DNA of 64,000 nt from a virus (Duplodnaviria; Caudoviricetes). The stretch lies in the IMG/VR virus record IMGVR_UViG_3300037466_003849, positions 1 through 64,000 of that record; one strand, written 5' to 3'. Shown piece by piece: positions 60,301 through 64,000 of this stretch. The position numbers and the translations under genes are program-made. Under the pieces are notes generated by a model. That model saw nothing but the letters and a program-made list of their open reading frames with translations, was not told the DNA's origin and searched no databases. Every line of letters starts with the position of its first letter. The first letter of the stretch is position 1.

Positions 60301-63168
60301 GATGTCTATTCGGTCACCCTCGAGCCGGTGGTGAATTCCATCGGAAAGGCCCTCGGCAAAGTCCGCGATTTCTTCGGAAATACGGTCTCGTGGGTCAAGA
60401 CCGAGTGGGGAAAGCTGGAGTCGATCGCCTCGAAGCCGATTAAGTGGATCGTCGAGCACGTCTACGACGGCGGCATCCGGCCCGTCTGGAACAAGATCGA
60501 CAGCGTCTTCGGTGGCCACCACCAGCTCGCCTCGGTCAGCTTCAAGGCGGCCGGTGGCGGCGTCTGGACCGGGCCGGGCACGATCCCCGGCTACGCGCCA
60601 GGCATCGACAACGTCAACGCGATCCTGTCGCCTGGCGAGTCCGTGCTCACGCCCGAGGCGTCCAAGGAGCTCGGCTACGGCACAATCGTGGAGCTCAATC
60701 GGAAGTCGGGGCGCCGGTCGGCCAACGATCAGATGGGCCAGCCCATTCGCGCGGCCGGTGGTTTCCTCGGGGATCTCGGCGGCTGGGTCGGTTCGGCCTG
60801 GGACGGCGTGAAGGATGCCGCAGGCTTCACCACGAAGCTGCTCGGCAACCCGGTCAACGCGGTCAAGTCGCTGTTCTCGAAGGTGATCGGCGAGACCAAC
60901 GCCACTCCCGGCGATTCGTCGAAGTGGCGCACGATGCTCACCGACATCCCGAAGCACTTCGTGTCGCACGCGATCGAGACGGCCAAGGGCTGGATCGGCA
61001 TGGGGCGCAAGGCCGTTGGCGGTGCCATGGCCAGCGTGCCGTGGGTCGGCAACGGCGATGTCGACGCCTGGATCGCGCAGGCCATGAGCATCACCGGCGT
61101 CGATGCGCACTGGGCTCCGCGGCTTCGCACCATCATCGGTCGCGAGTCGCGCGGCAACCCGAACGCCATCAACAACTGGGACAGCAACGCCGCGGCGGGA
61201 GATCCCTCGCGCGGCCTGATGCAGACCATCGGGTCGACGTTCCGGGCGTACCGCGATCCGCGATTGTCCGACAACATTTATGACCCGGTGTCGAACATCG
61301 TCGCAGGTATCCGGTACATCCAGGCCCGCTACGGCGACATCGACAACGTCCAGCAGGCGCACCCGGAATTGCCTCCCAAGGGCTACGCCGGTGGTGGTAT
61401 CGAAAGCCCGGATCACCACCTGAGCGAGAAGCAGAAGGATGCGCAGTCCGGCCGCACGACGGCCTCGCCGAAGCTTCCCGGCCAGGTCGCTGGCGGCGAC
61501 CGTACCGCGATCGAGCGCGCCTGGGCCTACATCAAGTCGGTGGCGGGCACGCCCTACGAACTCGGGCAGCTCGACTGCTCAATGTTCATGTCCGGCATCT
61601 ACCAGGCGCTCCTCGGCCGCAACACCGCGGTCCGCGCGTTCAACACGATGTCGGACTTCGCGGCGCTGGGCTTCCGGCGCGGCCTGGGCGGCATCTTCAA
61701 CATCGGCGTCCTGGCCAAGCCGGGTGCCGCGGGGCACATGGCGGGCACCTTTGACGGCCAGAACGTCGAATCCGGTGGGGCGCACAACAATGTGGCCTAC
61801 GGACCCGAGGCCGCTGGCGCCGCTGACGCGCAGTTCCCGGACAAGTGGTACCTGCCCGGCAGCCTGTTCTCGCCGCCGTACAAGGGCGAGGGCGCCAAGC
61901 CCACCGAGGGGCAGAGCCAGGCGAACAAGCTGCACACCAAGGCCCACAAGCTGCGCAGCTCGATCACCAAACTCCAGGGCGAGGAGAAGCGCGCCAACGA
62001 CGCCGCCAAGACCCACGACGACGCCGCCGCCAAGGCAGACGCCGACGCGGCGAAGTACGACGCCAAGGCCGCGACCCAGTTCCTGGAGGCCGACAAGAAG
62101 AAGGCGCAGGAGCAGGCACAGAAGGCGCGTGAGCGTGCCCAGCGAGCCCGTGCCGCGGCCCAGAAGGACCGCGACCGGGCGGGCATCTATCACCAGCGCG
62201 CCCAGGACGCCCAGGTGCAGGCCGACCAGGCCGACCAGGACGCCGGTGTCGCTTGGAAGTCGCCGAAGCAGCAGGGCAAGAAGGATGGAGAGAACTCCGA
62301 TCCGAACCATTTGATCACGCCGAAGGAGGCGGCCGAGAAGGCCGCTGGCATCGCCGTGGACGGATTGTTCGAAACGTTCGGACTCCAGGACACGCTGTTC
62401 GCCGACCCGAACAAGAGCTACCTGCTCCGTGTCGGTAACGCCGTCCTCAACCCCTTCGCGAAGGTGCCGCAGGATGACCAGAAGGATCAGGAGGACGCCG
62501 AGGGGAGCGAATCCAGCGACCCGACCGACCTCAGCGACACCGGACTCGACGACGACTCCTCGTCGGACTCGGGTGGTCTCGACGATTCGTCGGGTCTCGA
62601 CGATATGGCCGGTGCCGACGATTCATTGAATCCCGACACCGACACCAGCGACGAAGACAGCGACAGTCCGCCAGATCTACCCGACCCCGGTCCGGGTGAT
62701 GTGCCGAACCAGGACGACAACGATGGCGGCTGGGGTAAGCCCGCGGACAAGGACAAGAACAATCCGAGTCTGGGAGCCTTCCCGAAGCCAGACTGGCTGC
62801 CTGGGCCAGATGGCAGCACAACGCCGCTCGCACCTGGCACTCCGCCCGCCAACGGCGGCTTGGCGCAGACGCTGATGGACCTCATCGGCGTCAAACCGCA
62901 GCTGCACGACAACGGCGGCCTGCTCCAGCCGGGTCTCACGCTCGTCAACAACGCCACCGGCGTGCCGGAGGCAGTGCTGGCGCCGCGCGAGAAGGCCAAC
63001 CTCGAAACGATCGCCCGCGGCGGCGGCCACCCCTTCCTGGACGGCCACGCACCGCGGTCCTGGGTGCATATCGAACACCTGCACCAGGGCAGTAGCGAGG
63101 ACGGTCACGACATCGGCCGCCGGATCGCCCGTGAGATGAACGCATATGCAGGAGGAGGTGCCAGGTGA
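57358..63168 (+). CDS. Tape measure protein with SLT and NlpC/P60-like domains
   Basis: 1936 aa; TP901-like core; RESRGNPNAIN..GLMQ; YELGQLDCS..GHM. Confidence 0.95.
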   Translation: MSGNGVFFDVIPKLEMKIFEAQMGSATRRAETAANEMVRAISGHDYFAAPTTQLDRYVARMETQMRSANSIMDRTEERQIQAAERVEAAEKRKNAAIKNSEEVLAKTRDENSARYLRALATQTRAENELAAATREHSAASAAFVTAQRGHEEATRRQEEATVAAAGAMGRFGTAAANTTMAVGVGLAGAFAVGASRAADLEKGLNLLVTGAGESSKNLDGLRKGVLDLQAQWGTSANEQSKALLLIERAGYHGADALKVLTAGVQAAKAEGSDLSTVVDQLTTTMHDFAGSRVGNFAISLDNVNGVMSVGVETARLSKTTLEEYARAIGTVEETAKNAGMNISGLNAAFATMTQHGISAQNASQMLQHGIMTLQSPQGPQQAVLNQFGISTRQVQQWLADPDVQLGGAIENINKAIEKKTDKKTGIVHIDPNMVSIDAKAALAAQVQAMDPLQRAVVERFQGKGEVNGESFNKVLNSLQEGERKKLITWRSTYDNLTGFNKMLAKGQNPDMSVEQVMKMIYGDQVTTKDAMNLLDEDPQVGYRQTKEKLDLAARGIDPNKHVEGADQSQQSLRAQLADLRGALNTNLTDLGEATQGPLTKFVHMLVDAAQLLHGHSDALQWAGLGTMGLAAGLGVIKGGNALGNLFGYEKNAFGRKVGQGIGATVRGTGRGIAATTRGIGTGTNAAIAAARNARSSDTALYLQGAALNGMDAARNARDAARTRREHAAFLEEEERPSRFARAGRWGARAGVVAAPLALMALTAGAAHADDGSGGGGGMTDMAMMAMTALPALPMLGGAAKGVGKGASALGEGAKAGLEAISSAGKGAMTTLTGVTKSVTELPKLFKGVTSAVKDWTAVQWLLDAAMDANPIGIAVVAIAALTAGIIYAYNHSEKFREIVNGALSAVGNAFKSTYDGFVKPFFDDFKRIFSDVWDFAKNTFGFWKDLLTGDFSGAWDHAKTLVGDAVDGVKASLGVLGTAIHDVYSVTLEPVVNSIGKALGKVRDFFGNTVSWVKTEWGKLESIASKPIKWIVEHVYDGGIRPVWNKIDSVFGGHHQLASVSFKAAGGGVWTGPGTIPGYAPGIDNVNAILSPGESVLTPEASKELGYGTIVELNRKSGRRSANDQMGQPIRAAGGFLGDLGGWVGSAWDGVKDAAGFTTKLLGNPVNAVKSLFSKVIGETNATPGDSSKWRTMLTDIPKHFVSHAIETAKGWIGMGRKAVGGAMASVPWVGNGDVDAWIAQAMSITGVDAHWAPRLRTIIGRESRGNPNAINNWDSNAAAGDPSRGLMQTIGSTFRAYRDPRLSDNIYDPVSNIVAGIRYIQARYGDIDNVQQAHPELPPKGYAGGGIESPDHHLSEKQKDAQSGRTTASPKLPGQVAGGDRTAIERAWAYIKSVAGTPYELGQLDCSMFMSGIYQALLGRNTAVRAFNTMSDFAALGFRRGLGGIFNIGVLAKPGAAGHMAGTFDGQNVESGGAHNNVAYGPEAAGAADAQFPDKWYLPGSLFSPPYKGEGAKPTEGQSQANKLHTKAHKLRSSITKLQGEEKRANDAAKTHDDAAAKADADAAKYDAKAATQFLEADKKKAQEQAQKARERAQRARAAAQKDRDRAGIYHQRAQDAQVQADQADQDAGVAWKSPKQQGKKDGENSDPNHLITPKEAAEKAAGIAVDGLFETFGLQDTLFADPNKSYLLRVGNAVLNPFAKVPQDDQKDQEDAEGSESSDPTDLSDTGLDDDSSSDSGGLDDSSGLDDMAGADDSLNPDTDTSDEDSDSPPDLPDPGPGDVPNQDDNDGGWGKPADKDKNNPSLGAFPKPDWLPGPDGSTTPLAPGTPPANGGLAQTLMDLIGVKPQLHDNGGLLQPGLTLVNNATGVPEAVLAPREKANLETIARGGGHPFLDGHAPRSWVHIEHLHQGSSEDGHDIGRRIAREMNAYAGGGAR

Positions 63169-64000
63169 CCGCCTATACAGTGCCGAGCCCGCCGAACCTA
63201 TGGCAGACCAATTCCCTTCTGGCCGACAACGAGTCGATCGTCGTCTGGATCGGTGCCGACGGTTCGCGGTGGCCACTGTCGGGCGGCCTGGCGACCATGC
63301 CCGGCGTGCAGCCCGGCGTCGTTCTTCAGAGCGTCGCCGGGCTGCTGGGCAGCTTCAAACACTTGGATCAGCAAGGCGCCCGGCAGGACGGTGTCACCTA
63401 CGAGGACACCGTCTGGGACCCCACCGAGGTCGACCTTGGCATCAATATCTCCGGCCGGACGCCGCGCGAGTTCCGCCTCACGATGCACAACTGGATCGAC
63501 TCCTGGGACACCCGCACCACCGGGCGCCTGTCGTGGTTCACGCGCGAGTTCGGCGAGTGGTGGATCGACCTGCGCGCCCAGAAGCTGCCCGCCTCGGTGT
63601 TGAAGCTGGCGCCCGCTGGGGTGACCACCTGGGACACGAATTGGGTTGCGCGCGCCGACTTCCCGTTCTGGAGCTCGACCGATTCGGTGTCCCAGCTGGT
63701 CGCGATCAACCCCATCACGCTCGTCGACCCGGCGGGGATCAACCCCGCGGGCTGGCTCCCGTTGTGGAACAGGGGCGATCAGGACGGCTGGCCGACGCAC
63801 ATCCTCCAAGGGCCTGGCACCTTCACGATGGGCGACGGCGTCAGCTCGAATCAGATCGTCTTCGGGCCGGTGCCCGCGGGTGTGCAGGTGCAGATCGTCA
63901 CCCTGCCGCGTATCCGCACCATCCAGGAAATCAACACCGGCGCAAACCTTTACGACCTGCTCCAAGGGCGCTTCACCGTCCCGATCCCGCGGGGCCAGGC
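63165..64000 (+). CDS. Minor tail (distal tail-type) protein, 3'-truncated
   Basis: GTGA overlap with TMP stop; W.GADGSRW.L, KHLDQQGARQDG.TY motifs; open to the window end. Confidence 0.85.
   Translation, partial: MTAYTVPSPPNLWQTNSLLADNESIVVWIGADGSRWPLSGGLATMPGVQPGVVLQSVAGLLGSFKHLDQQGARQDGVTYEDTVWDPTEVDLGINISGRTPREFRLTMHNWIDSWDTRTTGRLSWFTREFGEWWIDLRAQKLPASVLKLAPAGVTTWDTNWVARADFPFWSSTDSVSQLVAINPITLVDPAGINPAGWLPLWNRGDQDGWPTHILQGPGTFTMGDGVSSNQIVFGPVPAGVQVQIVTLPRIRTIQEINTGANLYDLLQGRFTVPIPRGQ

Noticed and set aside
1-64000. tRNA/rRNA genes and a lysis cassette (endolysin, holin)
   Set aside because: No cloverleaf was found in the intergenic regions inspected by eye. No amidase or peptidase lysin is present; the lysis genes probably lie in the part of the genome outside the window.

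Overview
The whole window is phage DNA with no host housekeeping genes. It is most of the genome of a high-GC temperate actinobacterial siphovirus; a Nocardia-like host is inferred from its accessory gene families. The sequence opens inside the tail-fibre genes. Order: end of tail module (1-1.3 kb); XRE-DUF5753/DUF397 module with a divergent operon (1.8-5.3 kb); apparently intact attP, tyrosine integrase, regulator/Xis, XRE + membrane protein, repressor/Cro (5.3-10.3 kb); long rightward early operon (SpoU RNA methyltransferase, WhiB x2, Cas4-like nuclease, SSB-like protein, DnaN, PAPS-reductase family, Prim-Pol/helicase, DnaA-box-containing origin candidate, seven divergent paralogues of one unknown family, antirepressor, cutinase, resolvase, HAD phosphatase, RNA ligase, Acb2/Tad1-like fragment, SLOG; 10.3-33 kb); leftward small-gene operon and orphan HicB-like gene (33-37.6 kb); late regulators and HNH (37.7-41.7 kb); a repeat-rich probable genome-end region with a leftward gene array punctuated by 64-bp repeats (41.7-46.3 kb); then HK97-type packaging, head and tail genes up to the first minor tail gene (46.3-64 kb). 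No lysis cassette, tRNA, rRNA or CRISPR array was seen. Strongest leads: (i) the 64-bp repeat-separated gene array, (ii) five hairpins with different stems but the same ATAGGTC loop, (iii) the seven-paralogue array, (iv) the oriC-like origin candidate. All protein family calls come from motif recognition by eye; no database search was run.
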